From the NCBI GenBank assembly GCA_010091925.1, contig WVID01000006.1: a stretch of DNA of 64,000 nt; one strand, 5' to 3'. Source of the DNA: Nostoc sp. B(2019). GTDB taxonomy: Bacteria > Cyanobacteriota > Cyanobacteriia > Cyanobacteriales > Nostocaceae. The notes below the pieces were generated by a model. It saw only the letters and a program-made list of their open reading frames with translations, was not told where the DNA came from and did no database searches. The translations under genes and the position numbers were made by a program. Shown piece after piece: positions 20,938 through 33,168 of the stretch. Positions within the stretch are counted from its first letter, which is position 1; each line of letters opens with the position of its first letter.

Positions 20938-22548
20938 TTGTGCTCCCCTGCTCCCACTCCCCCCATCTCTTCCGCTCATCTCCGCAATACCTTGCTAAAA
21001 ATAACTACCATAAAAGATGGGGTTAATCTAAATACCCAATTTCAAATTGATATGACTTCTACATTGCCATTGCCCGATCCTCATCACAACGGTTCAGCCA
21101 ACACTGACGCAAATTCTCTCAACTGGGAGGAAGAACTGGATAGTGCCATTTTTAGCTTTGAAGATATTCAAACGGAACTCAACTATAAACAGGCACAAAC
21201 GGCGCTGCGAAACTTAGTAACCAGTCTCGACTTAACTGCTCAGGAAAAAGAAGGATTAGAGGCGGAAATTGCTGATTTGGAAAGCATGTTGGGGAAACTA
21301 GACCGCATGGTGGTGCAGATTGCTGCTTTTGGCATGGTAGGACGCGGTAAGTCTTCCCTACTTAATGCTTTGGTTGGGCAAACGGTATTTGAAACTGGGC
21401 CACTGCATGGCGTCACCCGTACTGCACAACGAGTTAATTGGAGTATTAGTGAAGAGGCTGTTGGAGAAACTGAACGCGCCTTGCGAGTCACTCTACCTGG
21501 AATAGGTCAATCGCAAGTGGAATTAATTGACACTCCTGGGTTAGACGAAGTGGATGGTGCAACCCGTGCTGCATTAGCTGAACAGGTGGCAAAACAGGCG
21601 GATCTAATCTTGTTTGTGATTGCTGGCGACATGACGAAGATAGAACATGAAGCCCTTTGCCAGTTGCGGGAAGCTGGTAAACCGATCATTTTAGTGTTTA
21701 ACAAAGTAGACCAGTATCCAGAAGCAGACCGGATGGTAATTTACCACAAAATCCGGGATGAAAGGGTGCGCGAGTTACTTACGCCTCTAGAAATTGTCAT
21801 GGCAGCTGCATCACCATTGGTGAAGACAGCGATTCTTCGCCCCGATGGTACTAGGGGCTTGCAATTGCGTACAGGTAATGCTCAAGTCGAAGAACTGAAG
21901 CTGAAAATCTTGGAGATTCTGCACCGTGAGGGCAAAGCTCTAGTTGCCCTCAATACCATGCTTTATGCTGATAACGTGAATGAGCAGTTGGTGCAGCGAA
22001 AACTGATGATCCGAGAGCAGAATGCCAATCAGTTGATTTGGAAAGCTGTGATGACCAAGGCAGTAGCGATCGCACTTAATCCGATAACTGTAGTAGATAT
22101 ACTTAGTAGTGTAGTAATCGATATTGCGCTAATTTTGGGTTTATCTAAACTCTATGGCATACCCATGAATGAAAGCGGTGCTGTACAATTGCTCCAAAAA
22201 ATCGCTTTGAGTATGGGCGGTATCGGTGCTAGTGAACTGCTGGCGAACTTAGGCTTGAGTGGGCTGAAAACTTTACTTGGTATCTCTGCACCAGTTACCG
22301 GGGGGGCTTCGTTAGGCCCCTACGTAACGGTGGCACTAACGCAAGCAAGTGTAGCTGGTGTTTCTTCTTATGGCATTGGACAAGTTACTAAAGCTTATTT
22401 AGCTAATGGAGCAACTTGGGGCCCCGATGGCCCCAAAGCAGTCATCCGTCGGATTCTGGCGACTCTGGATGAGACTTCAATCCTCAACCGTATTAAAGAT
22501 GAATTGCAACTGAAGCTAAAAGTTAAAAAGGTGAAAAATGCGGATTAG
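20938..22548 (+). CDS. GTP-binding protein with C-terminal DUF697 (YcjF-like) membrane domain
   Basis: The G1 motif GMVGRGKSSLLNALVG and the G3 motif DTPGLDE are present. The hydrophobic C-terminus is DUF697-like. The start may lie downstream, at MTSTL (about 21052). Confidence 0.7.
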   Translation: MCSPAPTPPISSAHLRNTLLKITTIKDGVNLNTQFQIDMTSTLPLPDPHHNGSANTDANSLNWEEELDSAIFSFEDIQTELNYKQAQTALRNLVTSLDLTAQEKEGLEAEIADLESMLGKLDRMVVQIAAFGMVGRGKSSLLNALVGQTVFETGPLHGVTRTAQRVNWSISEEAVGETERALRVTLPGIGQSQVELIDTPGLDEVDGATRAALAEQVAKQADLILFVIAGDMTKIEHEALCQLREAGKPIILVFNKVDQYPEADRMVIYHKIRDERVRELLTPLEIVMAAASPLVKTAILRPDGTRGLQLRTGNAQVEELKLKILEILHREGKALVALNTMLYADNVNEQLVQRKLMIREQNANQLIWKAVMTKAVAIALNPITVVDILSSVVIDIALILGLSKLYGIPMNESGAVQLLQKIALSMGGIGASELLANLGLSGLKTLLGISAPVTGGASLGPYVTVALTQASVAGVSSYGIGQVTKAYLANGATWGPDGPKAVIRRILATLDETSILNRIKDELQLKLKVKKVKNAD

Positions 22549-22636
22549 GGATGAGGCAGAATTTTCGAGATATTTTCTACATTCCTAATGTTTACAGGTG
22601 CGTTATCCGAGATTTAAAGATAAACCTGTATTCCAA

Positions 22637-24301
22637 TCAGCTTCTACCTTTGAAAGAATTTAGCCATTCTTGAACTTGCTCTCGTGCAATATCACGACCG
22701 CCCAGACCAAAAGCTAGGGCCGTAGCGACAGCGATCGCACCAAGTAGAAGTCCAAAAGCTAAATTTACAATATCACTAGCAATCCCAATTTGTTGTAGTG
22801 CCATTGCTGAGACTAAGGCAATAATGGCAATCCGTGCTACCTGACCCAAAATTCGGGCTTGAGGATTACCGGAACTGGTAATGATGTTAAAAGCCAGATT
22901 TGCTAAGAACAAACCAATGCCAAACACCACCAATCCCGCCAAAATCCGCCCAAATATGACCAAAATGCCAGTTACCAATGCTGTCAGCGCTGGAATATTC
23001 AAGATATTCACCGCTGCTACAGTTGCAAACAGCATAATACCGACTAAAACGACGATGCCAGCAATTTCTGATGGCGTACGGGTTGATAGCGTAGGAGGTA
23101 CTTCTCCTTCTGTGGAATATACTGTTCGTCTAGCAGGCGTTGGCAAACCTAGGACAGAGAAAATGTTGTTAAATCCTAAACTTGTAAGGATACTAGTAAC
23201 CAAATCCGCTACAAACCGCCCTAGGAAATAAGCAATAATTAAAATTGCCAAGGCTGTAAAGATTGCAGGCAGAGCATTGAGAATCTGTTGCAGCATTGCG
23301 ATCGCCGGCACAGATATCGCATCAATTCGTAAGGCATTGAGCGCTGCGATCGCTACAGGAATCAAAATCAAAACATAGACAATTGTGCCAATAATCGTCG
23401 ATAAAGACTGCACCCCGGCAGATGAAGAGAGTCCAAACCGACTTCCCAAATGGTCGATTCCCGTTGTTGCTAACAAGTTCGTCACAATCCGCCGCACCAC
23501 ATTAGCTAGAAACCAGCCGACTGCGGCAATTAGTGCCGCGGCTAGAATGTTTGGCAGAATTGAGAGAATCTGTGTAATTAGAGTTTGTACTGGTAGTAGT
23601 GCCTGCTGTAGCCCCAGAGTATCTAGTATTGGGATGAGAAACAGTAAAAAGATGAACCAATACAAGGCATTGCCAATTGTCTGACTCAAAGACAACTGAT
23701 CGAGGCTGAGTGTATCCTCTTGTGTTTGTTGATTCAAACGCTCATCTAGTCTCAATGCCCGTAGTCCGGTTATCGTCAGCAGCTTGACGACAGTAGCTAA
23801 TACCCAGGCAACACCGAACCAGATTGCTGCACCTACCAACTTGGGCAAGAAGCCAACAATTACATCGAGAAAATTATTTAGAGGTCGAGAAGCTACCTCC
23901 AGTTGTAGTGTCTGTAAAACGGCTACAACCGTCAACAGAATCACAATCCAAAAAACTAAGCCGGAGATTAATTTCTCCACTTGGGGAAGTTGCCCACGAT
24001 CGCCCCGCCCCGTAATCCCTGCGGCAATGCGGTTATCTATATCAGTGCGATTGAGGATTCCCCGCGTCACCGCCGCAGCGATCGCCGCAATCAGCCAGCC
24101 AACCAACAAAATCGCCACTGCTGCCAACAAACGGGGTAAAAACGCAACTATCTGCTGGAAAGTTCCTTGTACATAATCGATTCCTTGAGTAACTCCTGGT
24201 TGATTTAGTTGCAGGTTTGGCGATTGTGCCAAAAATTGCTGCACCCTTGTGGATAAACTATCTCCTATTACCTGGGTTATTCCTTGCCAAGTTGCATTCA
24301 T
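22637..24301 (-). CDS. multi-pass membrane protein with conserved TM-helix repeats (mechanosensitive-channel-like)
   Basis: 554 aa. It contains many repeated amphipathic TM segments with a GW/IA-rich pattern. Confidence 0.45.
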   Translation of the reverse strand: MNATWQGITQVIGDSLSTRVQQFLAQSPNLQLNQPGVTQGIDYVQGTFQQIVAFLPRLLAAVAILLVGWLIAAIAAAVTRGILNRTDIDNRIAAGITGRGDRGQLPQVEKLISGLVFWIVILLTVVAVLQTLQLEVASRPLNNFLDVIVGFLPKLVGAAIWFGVAWVLATVVKLLTITGLRALRLDERLNQQTQEDTLSLDQLSLSQTIGNALYWFIFLLFLIPILDTLGLQQALLPVQTLITQILSILPNILAAALIAAVGWFLANVVRRIVTNLLATTGIDHLGSRFGLSSSAGVQSLSTIIGTIVYVLILIPVAIAALNALRIDAISVPAIAMLQQILNALPAIFTALAILIIAYFLGRFVADLVTSILTSLGFNNIFSVLGLPTPARRTVYSTEGEVPPTLSTRTPSEIAGIVVLVGIMLFATVAAVNILNIPALTALVTGILVIFGRILAGLVVFGIGLFLANLAFNIITSSGNPQARILGQVARIAIIALVSAMALQQIGIASDIVNLAFGLLLGAIAVATALAFGLGGRDIAREQVQEWLNSFKGRS

Positions 24302-24688
24302 AGTTTTCTGGAATTAAGGTTAAGTAAGATGCTTCTGGAGTAGATTGCTCTAAACAATCTCTCATCTCCGTAAGTTCACTAGTGTTTTGCCTATCAATTT
24401 ACCTTACCAGTAAAAATAAACATATATAGCGTTGATATCAAGAGTAATTTTTGGCTTTGTAACAAACAAGGGCAGCAGGTTTGAGAGCTATATAGCATCA
24501 ATCAGGCTTAGGCTTGATTAGAGCTAAACAAGTTTATTAATGCGTCTTTCAACAGATAGATGAAAAAACAATACGAGCGTCATAGGTTAATTATTGGTTT
24601 TACACTACATTTGTAGAGTTGATGTAATGCGCTGACAGTGCTTAATTTTGCGTTACTCTAATTGCAGCAACATCATACAAGATGTAAA

Positions 24689-25141
24689 ATGTCCCAGGTT
24701 TTAGTACAATCAATTGAAATTAATGCTACAGCTACGGTTGTGGAGCGCTGTATTACCGATTTAGCACTCATGCACCGCTGGCTCAACCCTGTCTTACGTT
24801 GCGAACCTGTGGGCGAAGCCTGGAGTACTGATCTAGGTAGTCAAAGTCGTTTTGTGATTCAAATACCTTTAGTTAAACCCACCCTGAACAGCGTTGTCGT
24901 GGAGCGGAAACCGGGTTTAGTGGTTTGGGAATTTCAGGGATTTTTTCAAGGACGCGATCGCTGGGAATGTCAACCTGTAGCCAAGAGAACACGCTTACTT
25001 AACCGCTTTGAGTTTGAGATTCCCAATCCTCTAGTGAGTTGGGGCTTTAAAACCTTTGCCGCGTCTTGGACAAAAGAAGATATGCAAGCCCAGTTGCGCC
25101 GCCTCAAACGAGTCGCAGAAGAAGTACAAATTGGTTATTAG
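24689..25141 (+). CDS. SRPBCC (polyketide cyclase/dehydrase-like) family protein
   Basis: About 150 aa. It begins MSQVLVQSIEINATATVVERCITDLALMHRWLNP, which matches the SRPBCC pattern. The ORF opens at 24662. Confidence 0.55.
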   Translation: MSQVLVQSIEINATATVVERCITDLALMHRWLNPVLRCEPVGEAWSTDLGSQSRFVIQIPLVKPTLNSVVVERKPGLVVWEFQGFFQGRDRWECQPVAKRTRLLNRFEFEIPNPLVSWGFKTFAASWTKEDMQAQLRRLKRVAEEVQIGY

Positions 25142-25178
25142 TCATTAGTTATTGGTCATTTGTCCTTTGCCCAGTCTT

Positions 25179-26003
25179 TTAAACGTCTTTACCCAACTTA
25201 GCAAGTAACTGCCGAATCACAGATGCATCTTCGGCATCAGGAATCTTTGCTAGATAACTTTGTAAGTCATCTACAGCTTGGGAATAATGACCGAGTTGAT
25301 AGTAGAGAAGGCCGCGATCGCGTATTTCTAGGGATACGCCGGGAAACAGTAACAAAATTCGTTCAACTGCTGCTAGCGTTTTTTCTAACTCTTGCTGTCT
25401 GAGGTAAATATATTTGAGATTTGTTAGCATCCGTGCCAAAAAGTGCCGATGACTAACTACGGCTAAAAATTCTGGTTGTAGCGTCACGGGTTGCTGATAA
25501 ATTTGAGACAGCTTTTCTTGACAATCCTGTGCAAATATTATTTCACCGCCATTGAAGGCATCAACGAAAATCTCTATATCGGGAATATCTGGGCGGATCA
25601 AGAAATGTCCTGGCATCCCTACACCCACCATCGAAAAGTCTATTCTCCGGGCGACTTCTAGATAAACTAACGCCAAAGTAATAGGAATTCCCAGTCGTCG
25701 GTCAATCACATCATTGAAAAAGCTGTTGCGCGGGTCAGAGTAGTATTTTTCATTACCAGCAAATCCCAAGTCATTGTAGAGATACTGATTAATAGTTTGA
25801 ATCATCCGCAGAGGATATCGTGACGAAGGCAAGCGTTCTTGTAGCTCCACTGCCATTGTATCGAGAGCGTTGATGTATTCCTCTGGATCTAGGTTGGGAT
25901 ATTCTTCCTGTGCAATGTACAAAGCAGCTTTTGCCAGGTCAATATGCTCGTCAGGCTGCTGAATTTCTTGGTAAAAATATTGTCGTGCTGACGAGAAATT
26001 CAT
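25179..26003 (-). CDS. SirB1/UPF0162-like transglutaminase-fold plus TPR protein
   Basis: 274 aa. The N-terminal region resembles E. coli YchA/SirB1 homologs. The C-terminus is TPR-like. Confidence 0.55.
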   Translation of the reverse strand: MNFSSARQYFYQEIQQPDEHIDLAKAALYIAQEEYPNLDPEEYINALDTMAVELQERLPSSRYPLRMIQTINQYLYNDLGFAGNEKYYSDPRNSFFNDVIDRRLGIPITLALVYLEVARRIDFSMVGVGMPGHFLIRPDIPDIEIFVDAFNGGEIIFAQDCQEKLSQIYQQPVTLQPEFLAVVSHRHFLARMLTNLKYIYLRQQELEKTLAAVERILLLFPGVSLEIRDRGLLYYQLGHYSQAVDDLQSYLAKIPDAEDASVIRQLLAKLGKDV

Positions 26004-26527
26004 AAGTAATTACTCGGTGATATATACGGATGAAGCGGGTTAACTGACACCAGTTTCCTCTAACTATCTTTATTTTAGAGATATTCAGAGGATTTGGAAA
26101 TGTAATTTGTACAGAGGTTATAAAATTTTTTCTAATTACTAATTATTTATATCTGTAAAAGGCGTTGAAAATATATTTAAGTACAATCACGTATGTATAG
26201 CTGAGCGATAAATGGCATTGTTTTTAGAATCTAGCTATTAGTATAAATGAATATAAGAGTTAGATAAAAATGATTGATAACCTAGCTAATAATTAGAAGA
26301 CAAAGATAAAATTAAAAATTTAGTTATTCTCAGATTTTAATGATATCTGCGCTCATAGCAATAGACTGAAGTATAGCTGTAATAAAAAAGCTTTACTGGC
26401 AATTTTGTATCCGATATCTTTAAGTGATTGAAAGTCTTTTCAACAGTAACTACACGTTTTTGGAAACAATAGTTTCATTGATAACTTAACAATAGGCGGT
26501 ACAAAGTCTGTTCCTTAACCTGCTTCA

Positions 26528-26632
26528 ATGATAGGACTTCTAGCTTTTGGTGCTTTCGGCGTTGCTTCACTCCACAAGCGTAAACAGCAACACAATACCA
26601 TAAGGCATACATTATATACCATTGTATTTTGA
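26528..26632 (+). pseudogene. orphan, decayed PEP-CTERM tail fragment
   Basis: It translates as MIGLLAFGAFGVASLHKRKQQ..., with a stop codon 3 codons upstream. It parallels the C-terminus of the 27120..28166 protein (MLGVLAIGAFGMGSLHKRNQQ). Confidence 0.45.
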
Positions 26633-27119
26633 GTGTTATGTAGTTTTTTAATTGTTTTGTTACTATATTTAAATTTAATTTACTGACATATCTGCCGGCA
26701 AACACGTATATAAACTTGCTTTAAAGTAGTAGCATACTTTTACAAAGTTTTATCTGTTTATTTATCAGATTCTTTAGTCATAAGTCTTGCCAAGTAAATG
26801 CTTTGATTTAGATTGCATCTAAATCAGCGTGTATTTTTTCTGTAAATGCACGTAGAAAAACTAGTCGCCAAAAAAAATCGCTAGTAAGCTATGTAAATAC
26901 ACAGGTGAGGCAAATACTGATACCAACCTCACTCCTAACTTGAAGACGAAAGCTAAGTTAAATGCTGTAGTCATTTTCACCATCTCTTAAATCTGCGATC
27001 GCAGCGGAAGGCTGCACTTCATACGTCACATGTGAGGTGTTATTTGCAATTTCGCCGAAATGTTTGCGTCTGCAATTGGGATATTTTCACCATTAATATT
27101 TTTTGTAGGAGTCAGTTCA

Positions 27120-28166
27120 ATGATCAGATTTCAAATCAGTAAAAATTTTCAAAATGCTTGTAAAAAAAGTCTAAAAACATTTGCAGTTTTAAGTATTAGC
27201 GCACCCTTAAGTCTAGGATTAATTACTAGTGCCAATGCGGCATCAATTATTAGTAACGGTACTATTCAGTTAGGAATAAATGATGAAGGTCATCTCAATG
27301 TATCTGGTGGTACACCATCTTTGGGAGGAGTTACCGACGTTGGTTTGAGATTTCTGCCAACTGGTGCTGAAGCAACTGCTCCAGGCTGCCTTTGTGAGGG
27401 TTGGGGTGTAGCAGATGCGATTACAGGACTGACAGGTTACGCCAACGTCTCTACAGATGGGGTTCAAAATCTAAGTCTGATCTCTTTCATTGCCGATGCT
27501 ACTAAAGCTACTTCTATCGTTCAACTTGGCGATAGTCTTAAAATAACTCATGACTATGCACCAGTAGCCGTAACGCCCTATGTGTATAAAGCCGCAGTTA
27601 CTATAGAAAACATTGGCACAGCCGCTATTGGAGATCTGCGCTATCGCCGTGTCATGGATTGGGATATCGAACCAACACCTTTTAGTGAGTTTGTGACGAT
27701 TAAAACAAGCGGTGCTAGCAATGTGCTGTTTACCAGTGATAATGGTTTTGCCTCGGCAAATCCTTTGAGTCTACCAACCAGCATCGACTTTACAGGAGAA
27801 GCTGTTGACTCTGGCCCCAGTGACCACGGTGCTTTATTCGATTTCGGCTTCGGTTCGCTGGCTATTGGAGCCAGCCGCACGTTTAATATCTTTTACGGTG
27901 CGGCTCCAACTGAAACAGAAGCGTTGGCTGCACTGGTTGCTGCCGATGCTGACAGGGTATACTCTTTAGGGCAAACAAGTGTGCCAGATGGGCCAAGTAC
28001 CGGAATGCCCAATACCTTTATCTTTGCCTTTTCAGGAGTTGGTGAACCTCCTAGCAAGTCTGTTCCCGAATCTGGTTCTATGTTGGGTGTGTTAGCAATA
28101 GGTGCTTTCGGTATGGGTTCACTCCACAAGCGTAATCAGCAACAGAAAGCCGCAGCTAAAGTCTAA
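27120..28166 (+). CDS. PEP-CTERM sorting-domain secreted protein
   Basis: A signal peptide is present. The C-terminus reads VPESGSMLGVLAIGAFGMGSLHKRNQQQKAAAKV, which contains a PEP motif, a TM segment and a basic tail. The ORF opens at 27060. The start is taken at MIRFQ. Confidence 0.75.
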   Translation: MIRFQISKNFQNACKKSLKTFAVLSISAPLSLGLITSANAASIISNGTIQLGINDEGHLNVSGGTPSLGGVTDVGLRFLPTGAEATAPGCLCEGWGVADAITGLTGYANVSTDGVQNLSLISFIADATKATSIVQLGDSLKITHDYAPVAVTPYVYKAAVTIENIGTAAIGDLRYRRVMDWDIEPTPFSEFVTIKTSGASNVLFTSDNGFASANPLSLPTSIDFTGEAVDSGPSDHGALFDFGFGSLAIGASRTFNIFYGAAPTETEALAALVAADADRVYSLGQTSVPDGPSTGMPNTFIFAFSGVGEPPSKSVPESGSMLGVLAIGAFGMGSLHKRNQQQKAAAKV

Positions 28167-28192
28167 ATCATTTCTAAACTACTGCTTGAACT

Positions 28193-28227
28193 GCTGTGTC
28201 TTTTACTACAAGACGCAGCATTTTTTT
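28193..28227 (+). terminator. rho-independent terminator (GCTGTGTCTT-TTACTAC-AAGACGCAGC followed by ATTTTTTT)
   Basis: A 10-bp stem with one G.U pair is followed by a T7 run. It sits 27 nt after the PEP-CTERM stop. Confidence 0.7.
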
Positions 28228-28572
28228 ATTTTGGTTTTTCCTTAGATGTTATTTGGGTTAAAGGAGGCAAATCTTTCATCGTCAGTCTAAGACAGATCCC
28301 GGAACCTAACTTTGAGTGACAGCCGTGCAGGCGATCGCCTAACACGCCTATTTTCGGCTTTAAGTCTCCCCCAGCCATTTGAAAATTTGACCTAATATTT
28401 AAACATTTACCCCAAAGCATCAGGTCAGCAGGCTAAGCTTTTCAGGATGAGGGTTACAGCCAAAGCAGCCAAGCTGTTTTTTAAGGAATTACTAAGGGAG
28501 TTATGTCCCCCTCCGGTGCTAGAGTGAAAGATGACATTGCTTAATCATTATGTCTTCTTCGACCTTATCTGA

Positions 28573-30048
<1,476 letters not shown>

Positions 30049-30104
30049 AAATTAGTCAATAGTCCAGAGTCAATAGTCAATAGTCCAAAGCTAATTGACT
30101 GTTG

Positions 30105-30335
30105 GCCCTTTACCCTTGAACGCCAGTTCACTCAACAACGGCGGGAACCTCCCGTAAAGCCCTTCTCCCAAAGGGAGACGCCAAAGGCGAACGGGCATGG
30201 CTTCGCTTACCGCGCAGCGTCTTTGCTAGGAAAAGTTCAGATGCCTAGGTTGGGCTGCGCCAACGCCGGTTCGCCTTTGGCGTTCCCGCAGGGTAGCCGG
30301 CGCTCCGACTTCTCTGTGCACGTGACTGGCTCCCC
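30105..30335. repeat. GC-rich, highly structured small-dispersed-repeat cluster between atpD and atpC
   Basis: The arms CGCCAAAGGCGAAC and GTTCGCCTTTGGCG are inverted. The module CGTTGGCGCAGCCC is shared with 47024..47040 in the opposite orientation. Heptamers flank the cluster. Confidence 0.6.
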
Positions 30336-30373
30336 TTAACCCTTGACTGTTGACCTTTGACCCTTGACAACTT

Positions 30374-30787
30374 ATGACATTAACCGTCCGTGTAATTTCC
30401 CCAGACAAAACAGTATGGGATGCCGCAGCTGAAGAAGTAGTTTTGCCCAGCACTACCGGTCAGCTAGGTATCTTAACTGGACACGCGCCACTTTTGACCG
30501 CTTTAGATACGGGTGTAATGCGAGTACGTGCCGCTAAAAATCAGAATTGGCAAGCGATCGCCCTTTTGGGTGGCTTTGCCGAAGTCGAAGAAAATGAAGT
30601 GACAATTCTGGTTAACGGTGCTGAACGGGGTGACAAAATTAACCTTGAGGAAGCCCGTACTGCTTACAACCAAGCAGAAACCCGTCTAAATCAAGTGACA
30701 GCAGGCGATAGGCAAGCACAAATTCAGGCTACCCAAGCCTTTAAACGTGCTCGCGCTCGATTTCAAGCCGCTGGTGGTATGGTCTAA
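30374..30787 (+). CDS. atpC: F0F1 ATP synthase epsilon subunit
   Basis: 137 aa. It has an AtpC-like N-terminal beta-sandwich ([16 protein letters not shown]) and a C-terminal helical hairpin. Confidence 0.9.
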   Translation: MTLTVRVISPDKTVWDAAAEEVVLPSTTGQLGILTGHAPLLTALDTGVMRVRAAKNQNWQAIALLGGFAEVEENEVTILVNGAERGDKINLEEARTAYNQAETRLNQVTAGDRQAQIQATQAFKRARARFQAAGGMV

Positions 30788-30808
30788 TTTGACTTTCTAT
30801 TTCGCTTA

Positions 30809-30833
30809 TTAGGTTGGGCAATACCCAACCTAA
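30809..30833 (+). terminator. hairpin TTAGGTTGGG-CAATA-CCCAACCTAA after atpC
   Basis: A 10-bp perfect stem lies 21 nt after the stop. An AT-rich tail follows. Confidence 0.55.
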
Positions 30834-30946
30834 TAAAATATTTATTAATTAATTTTTTTAAAACAATTACGCCAAGTTTAAGAAATCGCAGCCAGCCTTG
30901 GTGAAGTGTTAACTTAACTAATTAGTTGCCCAAAAGGGCACAAATT

Positions 30947-33055
30947 ATGAAAAGTTTTCCATCTTCCCTTGGTACGCGTAAACAAAATAAAATAGCTCGT
31001 TTTGCCGCATCTGTTGTAGCAACATTAGCGTTCGCTGGTAGTATTAATTATGCTAACGCTACTCCTGTAAAAACACTCACTGTATCCTCAGAAATTACCT
31101 CAAAATCAGTCCAGCTTGGTCAAACCAAACCTACAATAACTCAGTTACAAACCAGCAGGACTCAATATCAAGCTATGCAGCTGTCACCATGGGGACTTAT
31201 CCCTATTGTTGTAGTTGGCGGCGTAATTCTATTTGTCCCCCTGTTCTTTGGCGGATTGGTGGTCATCGGCGAACGTGAAGTCGGTATTGTGGTGAAAAAA
31301 TTTGCCGTTTCCGGGCGCGGACTCCCTGCTGGCCGGCTAATTGCCCTCAACGGCGAAGCTGGCTTGCAAGCAGATACTCTGGCTCCTGGTTGGCATTGGG
31401 GACATTGGCCTTGGCAGTACTCGGTTCGTAAAGAGTCGGTAGTTGTCGTTCCCCAAGGTGAAATCGCCCTGATTGTGGCAGCAGATGGGGCATCCAACCC
31501 ACCAGAGCGCATCCTGGGCAAAATCGTCGATTGTGACAATTACCAAGATGCCCGGAAATTTCTCACCCAAGGTGGAGAAAAGGGTCGTCAAATGGGTTTT
31601 CTCACAGCCGGGACTTACCGCATTAACACGGCACTATTTAAAGTGATCATGGCATCAAATGCTACTGCTCACGGCATGAGTCCAGAACAGTTACGGGTAT
31701 ATAGCCTTGCATCTGACAAAGTTGGCATCGTCACCACCTTAGATGGTTTGCCAATTTCCGCTGGTGAACTCGCAGGTCCAACAATCGACGGACATGACAA
31801 CTTCCAGAATGGTCAGAAATTTATTGATGGTAGTGGACGGCGGGGTTTGCAAGAACAGACGCTACTTTCGGGTTCATGGAACCTAAATCCCTGGTTTGTC
31901 CAGGTTGAGCAAGTACCGATGACGGAAATTCCCATTGGGTATGTGGGTGTGGTGATTTCTTTCGTAGGTAAGGCTCATCAAGATGTCAGTGGCGCAGCCT
32001 TTACCCACGGTAACTTAGTGAATCAGGGACATAAGGGCGTGTGGGTTGAACCGCTGTATCCTGGCAAACACCCCATCAATTCCCGGATCATGAAGATTGA
32101 ACTAGTGCCCACAACCAACATAGTATTAAACTGGTCAGGTCGCACCGAACGCCACAGCTATGATGCTAAATTAGAATCTTTGACAGTGCGATCGCGAGAT
32201 GGGTTTGCTTTCGATTTGGAAGTAGCGCAAATTATCCACGTCGGTGCTTTGGATGCCCCAAAAGTAATTTCCCGCGTTGGTGCAATGCAAAATTTAGTAG
32301 ACCATGTATTAGAACCTACTATCGGTAATTACTTCCGCAACTCAGCCCAAGATTATACTGTACTGGACTTTTTGACTGCTCGGAGTGAGCGGCAATCTGA
32401 GGCTGCTGAGTATATTAAAGCAGCACTGCGGGCTTACGATGTACAAGCGATCGATACCTTAATTGGTGATATTCAGCCACCAGCAACGCTGATGCAGACA
32501 CAGACAGACCGGAAAATTGCCGAAGAAGAACGCAAGACTTACGAAGTTCAGCAGATGGCGCAAACCCAACGGCAGCAACTAGTCCGAGAAACAGCCCTGG
32601 CTGATATTCAACAAGAAATGGTGAAATCAGAGCAGAGTGTGCAGATTGCCGACCTGAAAGCCCAAGCCCAAATTAAGCAGGCGACAGGTGAAGCCGAGGG
32701 CACAAAACTCCGGGCAATTGCTGAGGCTGAAGGTATCCGTGCCACAGGTAACGCCAAAGCAGAAACTTACCGCGCGGGTGTGGAAGCTTTGGGATCACAA
32801 GGTTATACAGCAATGCAACTGATGCAGATTATAGGCGATCGCAATGTTCGCTTGATTCCAGATGTCTTGGTTGGTAGCAACAGCAGCAATAACGGCTTAG
32901 TAGATGGGCTACTGTCGATGATTTTATGGAATCAAACTGGTAAACATGGTGAGCTAACACCAACGCCTTTACATCCCCAACCAGTAACCCAAACACAACC
33001 CACTACAGATAATGGTATTCCACCGATAGTTGTTAACCTTCCTGTGGATAAGTGA
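30947..33055 (+). CDS. flotillin-like SPFH-domain protein
   Basis: A signal/TM N-terminus is followed by an SPFH core and a flotillin-type E/A/Q-rich coiled coil (AEAEGTKLRAIAEAEGIRATGNAKAE). The ORF opens at 30926. Confidence 0.7.
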   Translation: MKSFPSSLGTRKQNKIARFAASVVATLAFAGSINYANATPVKTLTVSSEITSKSVQLGQTKPTITQLQTSRTQYQAMQLSPWGLIPIVVVGGVILFVPLFFGGLVVIGEREVGIVVKKFAVSGRGLPAGRLIALNGEAGLQADTLAPGWHWGHWPWQYSVRKESVVVVPQGEIALIVAADGASNPPERILGKIVDCDNYQDARKFLTQGGEKGRQMGFLTAGTYRINTALFKVIMASNATAHGMSPEQLRVYSLASDKVGIVTTLDGLPISAGELAGPTIDGHDNFQNGQKFIDGSGRRGLQEQTLLSGSWNLNPWFVQVEQVPMTEIPIGYVGVVISFVGKAHQDVSGAAFTHGNLVNQGHKGVWVEPLYPGKHPINSRIMKIELVPTTNIVLNWSGRTERHSYDAKLESLTVRSRDGFAFDLEVAQIIHVGALDAPKVISRVGAMQNLVDHVLEPTIGNYFRNSAQDYTVLDFLTARSERQSEAAEYIKAALRAYDVQAIDTLIGDIQPPATLMQTQTDRKIAEEERKTYEVQQMAQTQRQQLVRETALADIQQEMVKSEQSVQIADLKAQAQIKQATGEAEGTKLRAIAEAEGIRATGNAKAETYRAGVEALGSQGYTAMQLMQIIGDRNVRLIPDVLVGSNSSNNGLVDGLLSMILWNQTGKHGELTPTPLHPQPVTQTQPTTDNGIPPIVVNLPVDK

Positions 33056-33168
33056 AATCAAGGTCAGATGATTACCTATTCGGCATTCCCTAAAGTAAGC
33101 ACAGCAGTTTTTGATAACTTGCACACTAAATTTAGGTAAAATATAATGCCATTGTTGCGGCAGTTCTC

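Noticed and set aside
22881-24176. Four plus-strand ORFs (63-130 aa) inside the minus-strand membrane-protein gene
   Set aside because: These are antisense shadows in a GC-skewed, repeat-like TM-helix gene. Their composition (R/K/T-rich) is not protein-like.
26475-26705. 76-aa minus-strand ORF in the AT-rich region
   Set aside because: It is the antisense frame of the PEP-CTERM tail remnant, in DNA with about 75% AT content.
28226-28420. 64-aa minus-strand ORF in the atpD upstream region
   Set aside because: It has no RBS, sits in the atpD promoter/leader region, and its composition is atypical.
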